NCBI RefSeq assembly: GCF_000025505.1
Contig: NC_013849.1
Location: 600,001-632,000, forward strand
Length of the DNA: 32,000 bases
Reading direction: 5' to 3'
Origin: Ferroglobus placidus DSM 10642
Lineage (GTDB): Archaea; Halobacteriota; Archaeoglobi; Archaeoglobales; Archaeoglobaceae
The notes under the pieces are model-generated. The model searched no databases, was not told the origin of the DNA, and worked only from the letters and a program-made list of their open reading frames with translations. Below are positions 15,201 through 22,756 of this stretch, one piece after another (within the stretch, counting starts at the first letter, position 1; each line of letters starts with the position of its first letter). Both the position numbers and the translations under genes were made by a program.

Positions 15201-15671
15201 ATGCTCAAGAAAACGATAGCAGCAGTATTTAAATCGAAGGGCAAAAGGAAGATGAAAAAGTCTGAGCTGACCTACACTCTCTCCTTCGACTTGAAGTGGT
15301 TCTCCCACGAAACAAGCAAAGAAGTCGTCGAATTGGCTCAAAAAAAAGGTTTGCTTAAAGGAGATGATGAGCTCGAGCCGAATTTCGATGTTGATGAAGT
15401 TGAAGTTGAACCGGATTTCAAACCCGATGTTAACAAAATCAAATCCTCCTCCCTCCTCGACGAAATCGTCGACTACCTTGCGGCAAATTTGGGAATGAGC
15501 AGGCAGGAGGTTATAGCTGAGCTTAACAGAAAGCAAATTGAATTCGGTAACGTTCTCGATCTGGAGGTTGTGGCTTTAATTTACGCAAAGGAGAGGGGAT
15601 TGAAGGTAGAGGAGTATGTTGACAAAGTTTGGGAGGAAGTTAAGAATAGCTGGAGAGGCTCTCAAGTATGA
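15201..15671 (+). CDS. conserved archaeal hypothetical protein (DUF2240-like)
   Basis: 156-aa ORF. LSFDLKWFSHETSKEVVELAQKKGLL pattern recalled from DUF2240. The family call is tentative. Confidence 0.5.
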   Translation: MLKKTIAAVFKSKGKRKMKKSELTYTLSFDLKWFSHETSKEVVELAQKKGLLKGDDELEPNFDVDEVEVEPDFKPDVNKIKSSSLLDEIVDYLAANLGMSRQEVIAELNRKQIEFGNVLDLEVVALIYAKERGLKVEEYVDKVWEEVKNSWRGSQV

Positions 15672-16251
15672 GGACGTTCTGATAATCGCGGACTTACACC
15701 TCGGTTTGACTGAGAACGTTGAGGATATAAAGAGGAAAATTTTGGAGTACGCTGAAAAGACGAAAGCTTCTTCAGTTATCGTAAACGGGGATCTGAAACA
15801 TATAGGGCTTTTTGGGGTAAAAAGGGCGGAAAAATTCGTTAACGATTTAAAAGAGCACGTTGATGTGTTTTTGATTCAGGGGAATCACGATGCAAACTTG
15901 AAGGAGCTCGGAACTGAAAAGTACTTTTACGATGGAAACTTAGCGGTTTTTCACGGTAACGTTGAATACAAAGTAGATTCGGACACTTTAGTTCTCGCCC
16001 ATTCCCACCCGGCTTACTTTATAAAAGATGTCGTTCACGGTCATAAGGAGAGAGTTTGGCTCGAAAGTGAATATGAGGGGAGAAACATCCTCGTTATGCC
16101 CACCTTTAACGAGCTTTGTAGCTCCACAGCTGTAAATCTTGAGAAACCAGCCGGTTTCATCTTTAAAAAAGTAAGGAAGTTCAGCGTCTATACAATTGAC
16201 GGAATCTATCTAGGAGAAGTCGAAATTCGGGAAGCTTGGTCTGTTTTATAA
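15616..16251 (+). CDS. calcineurin-like metallophosphoesterase (ICC-type)
   Basis: IIADLHLG, VNGDLKH, QGNHD, VFHGN and AHSHP metal-ligand motifs in canonical order. Overlaps the upstream gene by 56 nt. Confidence 0.8.
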   Translation: MLTKFGRKLRIAGEALKYEDVLIIADLHLGLTENVEDIKRKILEYAEKTKASSVIVNGDLKHIGLFGVKRAEKFVNDLKEHVDVFLIQGNHDANLKELGTEKYFYDGNLAVFHGNVEYKVDSDTLVLAHSHPAYFIKDVVHGHKERVWLESEYEGRNILVMPTFNELCSSTAVNLEKPAGFIFKKVRKFSVYTIDGIYLGEVEIREAWSVL

Positions 16252-17212
16252 TTTCTTCCATGAATCTTATGACCTCATCGTAGCTCCTCACGTCGACCGG
16301 ATACGGAACTCCGTCTTTTCCTCCCAAAGCGAATGAGAACTTGGCGGGATCTTTTTTGTCGTATTCAGCGTCGTAAATCAGCTCTGAAATCAGTGCGAGA
16401 GCTCTCATAGCACCTTTACCCAATCCCCTTACGAGAAGGAGATCTTCGAAATTGTCGATGTAGCAGTTTTCGAGAACTCTCCAGTCTATTTTTCTTGGCA
16501 CTTTAAAACTTTCCTTATATCTGACGAGAGAAAGAAGCTTTCTGTAATCCCTTTTGAAAGTTCCATCTTTGACGATGTCTAATATCACCTTTCTCGCCTC
16601 ATCGCTATCCTCCGAAGCTAAATTCATAACTTCCTTCTCGACTCTCTCAGCGAAGATTCCGGAGTGCGGTTTTTCAATTTTCCAGTCGAAGGAAGAGTGG
16701 TGATATCTTCTTGCGAGCTTTTCCTTTTCATTCATTCCCTGCTGAATAACGCACCAATCCTTTCTTGTAAAAACGATAGCGTGGTGGTAAAGATCGTAGC
16801 CGTCTTGAAGCATAACGTTATCAACCTTTGCCACGAGCCTGCTAACTTTTTTCAGTTCTTCGAGTTTTTTCTCCCTTAAACCGAGTTCTTCTCCGAATTT
16901 CTCAATTTCTTCTGGTGTTTTTAAGGCGTTATTACCTTTTCCTCCGGCAACTCTAACTTCAAGATCCGATTCGTTCAGAGCGGCTTTAAGAACTCCGGTC
17001 AAAACTGTTGTTGAGCCGGAAGAGTTCCAGTCGAAGCCGAGAACGTTCGAAAGGCTCTGGAAGAATATCGGATCTGAAAGCCTTTTAATCAACTCGTTAT
17101 AGCCGAATTCATCGACGATAATCCTGACTATCGGATAGCAAAGTTTTTTCATTCTGTTTAGGAGCCAGTAGGGTGCTTTTCCGTGGTGGAGCGGGAGGTA
17201 TATCGATTTCAC
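16181..17212 (-). CDS. DUF763 family protein
   Basis: 343 aa, GTG start. LPLHHGKAPYWL...GFDWNSSGSTTV matches the DUF763 pattern as I recall it. Confidence 0.7.
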   Translation of the reverse strand: MKSIYLPLHHGKAPYWLLNRMKKLCYPIVRIIVDEFGYNELIKRLSDPIFFQSLSNVLGFDWNSSGSTTVLTGVLKAALNESDLEVRVAGGKGNNALKTPEEIEKFGEELGLREKKLEELKKVSRLVAKVDNVMLQDGYDLYHHAIVFTRKDWCVIQQGMNEKEKLARRYHHSSFDWKIEKPHSGIFAERVEKEVMNLASEDSDEARKVILDIVKDGTFKRDYRKLLSLVRYKESFKVPRKIDWRVLENCYIDNFEDLLLVRGLGKGAMRALALISELIYDAEYDKKDPAKFSFALGGKDGVPYPVDVRSYDEVIRFMEEIIKQTKLPEFRLLLDRFRQLYRR

Positions 17213-17257
17213 AGAAAGAGTTGTTCAAAAAAAGATGTAAATTTTGCGGTGTGAAAA

Positions 17258-18595
17258 TTAGAGTTTTCTCCTCGCAAAGTAGGCTGCAGAAATTCCGGCT
17301 AAGCTAAGTAACACTCCGAATCCCGGAGTCTTCTTGGTCTCTTTCTCAGCTTCTGGTGTTTCCTTAGCTTCTTTCGTATTTTCAGTCGTTTTTTCCTTCA
17401 GCTTTTCAGCCTTCAGCTTCTCAGCCTCGTACTTTATTTTGACGAGAGATGCCTTAAGCGGAGCCCATCCGTACCAGTGGCTGTAATCTGGATTCATGTG
17501 GAAAGCTCCCTGGAATGTTCTCATCCTGTATTCGAGGAACATTAGGTAAAGTTCTTCCTCAATAGGAGTTTTTACTTCGTAGAACTGGAGCAGATCTGGA
17601 GCGTACTTCCAATCCTCCGGCTTCTCGAGAATACCGAGGTCGTACAGCTCCTTCACCGTTCTTATAGCCTCAGCAAAAACCCTGTCGGCTTCTCTTATCA
17701 TTTTGTCAGCTGCCTCAAGCTGTTCCCTTGCGAAGTTTTCTGAGTGGCACTGCGAGCATACTTTTATCATTCTTTCCCTCTCAGCCTGCCACTCTTCCTT
17801 GCTCAGTCTTGCAACTTTTCCAGCCTTGACGATCTCGAACCTCTCTGTCGGGTTTCCGTTTTCGTCGAGAACGCCCAGAGCTTGAAGGATCGTCACTCTA
17901 TCCTTCCACCACTCCTCGTCATCCTCTGGAACCCTTAACGCCAAGAACCCCCAGGCTGTCATGACTGCATGATTCCCCTCTGGCATGTGACAAGTCTGAC
18001 ACTTCGGAGCTCTTCCAGTGTCTCCTTCGATCCTGTAAATCACTCCGTGCTTGCTCGTCGACCACATCTCATACTGCGGATGATCGAAACCCATGTGGCA
18101 GGGCAAACATGCTTCGGGTTTTCTTGCTTCTTCCTTGCTGAACTTGTGCCTTGTGTGACAAGAATCGCATGCAGCAGCACCATACTTGTAAGCTCCTTTG
18201 TCTTCGATGTATCCTATTTTGTGGCACCCGCTGCAACCCTTAAAACCTTCCAAATCCCTCTGAGGAGTGGGGATGTGCTGCAAGGCTGGAATCGCTTTCA
18301 TGGCTATCCACGCGTAGTAGTGCTTCCCGCTCGCGTACTGCTCGTATTGCTGCGGATGACAGGCTTTGCAAGTCTCTGGAGTTGGCATTTTTGCCTTTTC
18401 CCAATCGTTGGAGCTTTTGTGCTCGTTTCCGTGGCATACCTCACAACTAAAATGTTTGCTCATGTTTCCGGACAACCACTGATCAACTATTCCCGGTGTA
18501 ACTGCTTTATGACAATCTATACACTCGCTGCCGCTGGCAACGCCAGCTATCAGAAACGCCGCTAAAATTGCAATCAATGGGCGCATTAAATTCAC
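17258..18595 (-). CDS. octahaem c-type cytochrome, HAO-like family, with Sec signal peptide and PGF-CTERM anchor
   Basis: Eight CxxCH motifs: CIDCH, CEVCH, CKACH, CSGCH, CDSCH, CLPCH, CQTCH, CSQCH. HAO-like contexts CDSCHTRHKFS and CLPCHMGFDHPQYEMWSTSKHG. Signal peptide LAAFLIAGVASG. C-terminus ...KETKKTPGFGVLLSLAGISAAYFARRKL. Strong RBS GGAGGTGA 5 nt upstream of the ATG. Confidence 0.85.
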   Translation of the reverse strand: MNLMRPLIAILAAFLIAGVASGSECIDCHKAVTPGIVDQWLSGNMSKHFSCEVCHGNEHKSSNDWEKAKMPTPETCKACHPQQYEQYASGKHYYAWIAMKAIPALQHIPTPQRDLEGFKGCSGCHKIGYIEDKGAYKYGAAACDSCHTRHKFSKEEARKPEACLPCHMGFDHPQYEMWSTSKHGVIYRIEGDTGRAPKCQTCHMPEGNHAVMTAWGFLALRVPEDDEEWWKDRVTILQALGVLDENGNPTERFEIVKAGKVARLSKEEWQAERERMIKVCSQCHSENFAREQLEAADKMIREADRVFAEAIRTVKELYDLGILEKPEDWKYAPDLLQFYEVKTPIEEELYLMFLEYRMRTFQGAFHMNPDYSHWYGWAPLKASLVKIKYEAEKLKAEKLKEKTTENTKEAKETPEAEKETKKTPGFGVLLSLAGISAAYFARRKL

Positions 18596-18759
18596 CTCCC
18601 ACTTAAATTGTTAAATAAACACACTTTTGATTACGATCTGAGAAAATTTAATCTTTTTCCCTAAATATCTCTTTTAACCGTGTTAAATTAAAAGTGCAAA
18701 GGTGGTTAACGGAGTAAAATTTTTAATAATTAGTATCTATATTTTTGTCGGTGATTTAA
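18596..18759. promoter_or_regulatory. AT-rich divergent promoter region between the two cytochrome genes
   Basis: 164 bp, AT-rich, with several TATA-like tracts (e.g. AAATTTAATC, TTTTTAATAATT). SD-like GGAGGTGA (minus-strand gene) and GGTGAT (plus-strand gene) lie next to the starts. Exact promoter elements are not resolved. Confidence 0.4.
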
Positions 18760-20127
18760 ATGAGAGCAAAATATTTGGCAGTACTACTTGTTTTGTTGGC
18801 TGTCTTTTTGGCAGGTTGCAGCGGTCAGCAGGGAAAAACTGCAACTACTCCAACTCCGACACCCGAAAAAACGCCCACTCCAATTCCGACGCCGGATATC
18901 GAAAAAATAAAACAAGAGGCAGCTGAGGAGGCGATAGGCGAGGCGATGGTACTCGCAATAAACACCCACTTCGACGATCCAAATACCGATGAAATCGAAG
19001 GTGTAAACGTCAATCCCGAGTTTGGTTGCCAGGGATGTCACTTTGGAAAAGAAGCGGTGCCGAGGATGATCGAGTGGGGTAAATCGGCTCACGGAGGTCA
19101 TCTGCTTGAGGTGAAGGAAAAAGACCTTTCTGCAGCAATAACAGAAGAAATAGCTCCGGCTTGGGCTCATTACGATTTCAAGCAAAAAGATAGGCAACCG
19201 TGTCAGAACTGCCACACTTCGACGGGCTTTAGAAACTTCGCAAGCAATCCGGAAAACTACAATCCAGCAAACAACACATTCTTACTTGTCGGAAAGCAGA
19301 AAGAGCTGCTGTACTGCTGGGCGTGTCACAAAGTGGAGGATAGAAGCTTCCAATTGAGAAATCCCGGTAAATTCGAAAAAATTGCTTCCTACTCAGAGCC
19401 GGCAGAGAGAATAGCTGCTGTTCCGGATTTAGGAGCAGCAAACTTATGTATGGTCTGCCATTCCGGAAGGAGCAGTGGAGCAGCGATAAAAGCTGCTGGA
19501 AACATTAAAACTCACTTCGGAGCGTTCAACTCCCACTACTTGGCTGCTGGAGGTGTAATCTTCAAACTTCTGCCGTACGAGTTCGACGGAAGAGAGTATG
19601 CAGATTACAATCCGCACGAAAGCATAAACGATCTTTGCGTTGCCTGCCACATGCCAAAAGGTAGTCACGAGTTCAAAGCTTTGAAGAAAGAAGGAGATAG
19701 CATCGTGATTACAGCCTACGAGGAAACTTGCAAGAAGTGCCACGGAGATGAGGAGGAGCTGAAAGCTACGATAGAGGAAAGGGAAGCCCAGTACAAAGCC
19801 ACTCTCGACTACATACAACAGCTTCTTGCTAATAAGGGAATTTACTACGACATAAGCGCTTATCCGTACTTCTACCCCTCTCCCAACCCGCAGGATGGAA
19901 GAGGACCTCCAAATGCTTTCAAGGACTGGCCCGACAAGAACACTCTCGGAGCAGCTTACAACCTCAACCTCTTCGCTCACGAGCCCGGAGCTTTCGTGCA
20001 CAATCCGAAGTACGTGAAGCAAGTCCTCTACGACACAATCGACTTCCTTGACGACGGAGAGCTTAACGATTCAGTTTTAAACAACGCTCCGGAAAAAGTG
20101 AAGGCATTCCTCGAAGGAGCGAGATAA
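18760..20127 (+). CDS. hexahaem c-type cytochrome lipoprotein with Pro/Thr-rich linker
   Basis: Six CxxCH motifs: CQGCH, CQNCH, CWACH, CMVCH, CVACH, CKKCH. Signal peptide with a lipobox-like LAGC, then the TATTPTPTPEKTPTPIPTPD linker. Confidence 0.85.
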   Translation: MRAKYLAVLLVLLAVFLAGCSGQQGKTATTPTPTPEKTPTPIPTPDIEKIKQEAAEEAIGEAMVLAINTHFDDPNTDEIEGVNVNPEFGCQGCHFGKEAVPRMIEWGKSAHGGHLLEVKEKDLSAAITEEIAPAWAHYDFKQKDRQPCQNCHTSTGFRNFASNPENYNPANNTFLLVGKQKELLYCWACHKVEDRSFQLRNPGKFEKIASYSEPAERIAAVPDLGAANLCMVCHSGRSSGAAIKAAGNIKTHFGAFNSHYLAAGGVIFKLLPYEFDGREYADYNPHESINDLCVACHMPKGSHEFKALKKEGDSIVITAYEETCKKCHGDEEELKATIEEREAQYKATLDYIQQLLANKGIYYDISAYPYFYPSPNPQDGRGPPNAFKDWPDKNTLGAAYNLNLFAHEPGAFVHNPKYVKQVLYDTIDFLDDGELNDSVLNNAPEKVKAFLEGAR

Positions 20128-20133
20128 AATATC

Positions 20134-20147
20134 TTTTATTTTTTTTT
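20134..20147 (+). terminator. oligo-T tract (archaeal-type terminator) after the hexahaem cytochrome gene
   Basis: TTTTATTTTTTTTT begins 7 nt after the stop codon. Confidence 0.45.
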
Positions 20148-20192
20148 ATCAGGTAAAGAGTCTAAAAGAAAAATCTCCAATCTTCCTGAAAA

Positions 20193-20741
20193 TTACTTCA
20201 GACCGACAGCCTCCTTTATTCTTTCGACCTCCATTTCCAGCTTCCTGAACCTCTCATCGAGATAAGCCTTGAGATCCTGCCTGAGAGCATCCACTTTTTC
20301 TCCGACTTTATCAACCTTCTCTCCAACCTCTTTCACGGCTTTTACCGTTTCGTCCTGCTTCTCAAGCATCTTATCTTGCTTTTCTAGCATTTTGTCCTGC
20401 TTGCTCAATACCTGCTTTCCGTATTCTATGAACTTTCTCGACTGTCCGACGTTGAAAACTAAAGCGAATGCTTCTATTTTTGGAACGTATCCTGTGTAGT
20501 CCTCAACCTTAACTTCATCAACAACGGCATCAGGGGGAAAGTTTGACTTCGCAAATTTGCAGAACTCATTTACCGCTTCATCTTCTCCTTCAACGTAAAC
20601 CTCCACAATCTGCTTATCATCCTCTTCAACGTTGACAGCTCTAAGTTTTTCGATGCCAAAAGCTAAAGCATTCTCCATCAGAAAATAGCGATAACCGATA
20701 TCGTGAACCTTTGAACCGATAATCCTGACCTTCTTTTTCAC
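20193..20741 (-). CDS. acylphosphatase-like domain protein with C-terminal repeat-containing coiled coil
   Basis: 182 aa. The N-terminal ~95 aa follow the acylphosphatase-like fold pattern (VRIIGSKVHDIGYRYF...LRAVNVEED..IVEVYVEGEDEAVNEF...P.DAVVDEVKVE). The C-terminus holds heptad repeats KQDKMLE x2.6 and (K/E)VGEKVD x2. Confidence 0.6.
   Translation of the reverse strand: MKKKVRIIGSKVHDIGYRYFLMENALAFGIEKLRAVNVEEDDKQIVEVYVEGEDEAVNEFCKFAKSNFPPDAVVDEVKVEDYTGYVPKIEAFALVFNVGQSRKFIEYGKQVLSKQDKMLEKQDKMLEKQDETVKAVKEVGEKVDKVGEKVDALRQDLKAYLDERFRKLEMEVERIKEAVGLK
20289..20330. repeat. 21-bp tandem repeat x2 (coding, (K/E)VGEKVD heptads)
   Basis: ATCCACTTTTTCTCCGACTTT / ATCAACCTTCTCTCCAACCTC, 15 of 21 identical. 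Confidence 0.7.
20352..20406. repeat. 21-bp tandem repeat x2.6 (coding, KQDKMLE heptads)
   Basis: GTCCTGCTTCTCAAGCATCTT / ATCTTGCTTTTCTAGCATTTT / GTCCTGCTTGCTC. Confidence 0.75.
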
Positions 20742-20824
20742 ACTCGTATCTTTTCTTCGAAGTGCGAATATATATCTTTTTGTTTACATGCAAACGGTTT
20801 CGTTAGAGAGTTAAAGTGCGGAAT

Positions 20825-22513
20825 TTAGGTTAGCTCAATCGCAAGAATGAAAAGCATCAAGTAGGTTGCAAAAATTACGCAGACGACGATCAAGCTATAT
20901 CCCGGAGTTAGTTCTCTAATCTTCACCCTCGCTATTGCTTTTAATTTTCCTGCAGCTTCGAGTACTCTCCTGTCAAGCTCTTTTGAGAACTCAGTAAATT
21001 TGAGGCAGAAGTAAATAAAACGATCGCCGACAATTCTCGGCAACCAGTCCGTGTCGAGAACGATTTTTTCCTCTCCTCTCAGCTTCTCTCTCATAACCCA
21101 GAAGCCGAAGAACGTGAATAAGAGGAGTTGACTCATGGAGATTACCTTTGCCGGATCGTAGGGGTTGTACTCCACTGGATAGGGTAAGAGAGAATAAAGA
21201 ATTTCGTATCCCGGATAAGTTCCGAAGAAAACGTTTAAAGCTGCGAGAATGATCATTCCAGCAAGCATGTTCTTCGGAGGCTCTCTCGCTTCAATTACGG
21301 GCTCTCTCGAAAACCACACGTTCCAAGGAAGCTTTAACCCTGTGTGTAGGAAAGTTCCGACGGAAGCACCTTCAAGGAGGAACCAGACTAAAACAAGATT
21401 TTCTTCAGCTGATGCGTAGACTGTCATGTTCTTACTAACGAATCCGCTGAAGAGGGGGAAAGCAGAAATTGAGAAAGCTCCGACCATGTAGAGGTAAAAC
21501 GTGATGGGCATGTATCTGTAAAGCCCGCCAAGCTCGGTGAATTTGCTCCTTCCCGTGACTTCGATGACAGCTCCTACTCCCATGAACAGAAGAGCTTTAT
21601 ATAGGATGTGAGTGAAAGCGTGAGAGCATGCGCCGTTTATAGCCATGGCAGTGCCAATTCCTACTCCAGCGACCATGTACCCTACCTGAGAGACGATGTG
21701 ATATGCTAAAAGTCTTCTTCCATCGTTTTCGAGAACAGCAAAGATAACTCCGTACATAGCCATAACAGCTCCGAGCCACATCAGCAACTCCTCTCCCGCA
21801 AAACCCCTTGCCAAAGCGTAGACAGCGCTTTTCGTCGTGAAGGCTGTAAGATATACTGCTCCAGTCACGGTAGCCTCTGGGTAAGCATCTGGCAGCCATG
21901 CGTGGAGAGGAGGGACTGCTGCGTTTACTATAAATCCTATGAGAATCAGATAGTAAGCCAATCCTACCTTTTCGAAAGAAACGAATTTCAGATTGCCGGT
22001 TTGCTGCACGTACAAAACAATCCCGGCGAGAAGGAAAAGCCCTCCGACGAGATGCCACAGAGCATATCTGAACCCAGCCTCTTCGGCTTTTTTCGTCCTT
22101 CTCATCCAGATCAGGAAGAGAGAGCCAACAGCCATCAATTCCCAGAAGATGTAAAACGAAAAGAGATCTCCAGCGAAAACGACTCCTAAAGCACTTCCGA
22201 CGTAAACCATTGCCGAAAAGTGTTCAAATCTGCTCGAATGAAGAGCGTAAACGTTCATGGCTATCGCAGCTATCGAAAAAACGTAGGCGAAGACGAGGGA
22301 TAGCTTGTCTACCCTAACGAAAACTTCGTAATCGAGAAACTCAGCTTTCAACTCGAAAGGTACATCTCCGAAGTAGCCGAGGGAGGTTAGGATAAGTATG
22401 AGCAGCGATACAACCGGCAGAGAGAGGAAAAGAATCTGCTCAACTCTCCTAAATTTCAGAAAGGTTAGCGGAAGAGATCCTAAGAGTATCACGACTCCCG
22501 GGTGAACCCACAT
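20825..22513 (-). CDS. Mrp/Mnh antiporter-like subunit, NuoL/MrpA-type (third antiporter-like subunit) with C-terminal amphipathic helix plus TM anchor
   Basis: 562 aa polytopic. Proton-conducting-transporter core (FYIFWELMAVGS, LHAWLPDAYPEA). The C-terminal ~90 aa (SKELDRRVLEAAGKLKAIARVKIRE plus a final TM) resemble a short lateral helix. Confidence 0.8.
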   Translation of the reverse strand: MWVHPGVVILLGSLPLTFLKFRRVEQILFLSLPVVSLLILILTSLGYFGDVPFELKAEFLDYEVFVRVDKLSLVFAYVFSIAAIAMNVYALHSSRFEHFSAMVYVGSALGVVFAGDLFSFYIFWELMAVGSLFLIWMRRTKKAEEAGFRYALWHLVGGLFLLAGIVLYVQQTGNLKFVSFEKVGLAYYLILIGFIVNAAVPPLHAWLPDAYPEATVTGAVYLTAFTTKSAVYALARGFAGEELLMWLGAVMAMYGVIFAVLENDGRRLLAYHIVSQVGYMVAGVGIGTAMAINGACSHAFTHILYKALLFMGVGAVIEVTGRSKFTELGGLYRYMPITFYLYMVGAFSISAFPLFSGFVSKNMTVYASAEENLVLVWFLLEGASVGTFLHTGLKLPWNVWFSREPVIEAREPPKNMLAGMIILAALNVFFGTYPGYEILYSLLPYPVEYNPYDPAKVISMSQLLLFTFFGFWVMREKLRGEEKIVLDTDWLPRIVGDRFIYFCLKFTEFSKELDRRVLEAAGKLKAIARVKIRELTPGYSLIVVCVIFATYLMLFILAIELT

Positions 22514-22756
22514 CTACCTCACCTTCCTTATTTTTTCGTAGTAGTCTTCGCTCTTCATTATGAACTTCCCAATCGATTTCGAGATGATTACGAGAGCTAT
22601 GCACATTACGAAGCCAAAAGCGGCGCTAAATGCTGGAACTTCCCAGTAAAAGTGTCGCTTTGGATGAAAAACGAGAAAGTATGCTAAGTCTGCTGCGATT
22701 AGAATTGCCGCAAGCACGTAAAGAAGTTTGAAGCCCTTCATATTCTCCCACCCCAC
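22514..22756 (-). CDS. small two-TM membrane protein within the mrp operon (possibly MbhI-like)
   Basis: 80 aa. Two hydrophobic helices and a charged amphipathic tail (KSEDYYEKIRKVR). Abuts both neighbours (overlap upstream, no gap downstream). Confidence 0.5.
   Translation of the reverse strand: MGWENMKGFKLLYVLAAILIAADLAYFLVFHPKRHFYWEVPAFSAAFGFVMCIALVIISKSIGKFIMKSEDYYEKIRKVR

Noticed and set aside
15141-15536. 131-aa minus-strand ORF
   Set aside because: It is antisense to the DUF2240-like gene and overlaps the end of the VKOR-like gene. It has no recognisable features.
17969-18565. 198-aa plus-strand ORF opposite the octahaem cytochrome gene
   Set aside because: It is an antisense shadow ORF. 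Its Cys/Ser/Leu-rich sequence mirrors the CxxCH-rich coding strand, and it has no independent signals.
18675-18709. Inverted repeat TTAACC ... GGTTAA in the cytochrome divergent promoter region, as a possible operator
   Set aside because: The arms are only 6 bp with a 23-nt spacer in an AT-rich region, which is well within chance expectation. I do not report it as a regulatory site.
19444-20022. 192-aa minus-strand ORF opposite the hexahaem cytochrome gene (with the smaller 18784-19215 and 18825-19013 ORFs)
   Set aside because: These are antisense shadows of a gene supported by a signal peptide, a lipobox and six haem motifs.
21597-22058. 153-aa Arg/Ser-rich minus-strand ORF in an alternative frame of the MrpA-like gene
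   Set aside because: It is an out-of-frame overlap with a polytopic membrane protein gene, and its extreme Arg/Ser/Cys composition is typical of off-frame translation.
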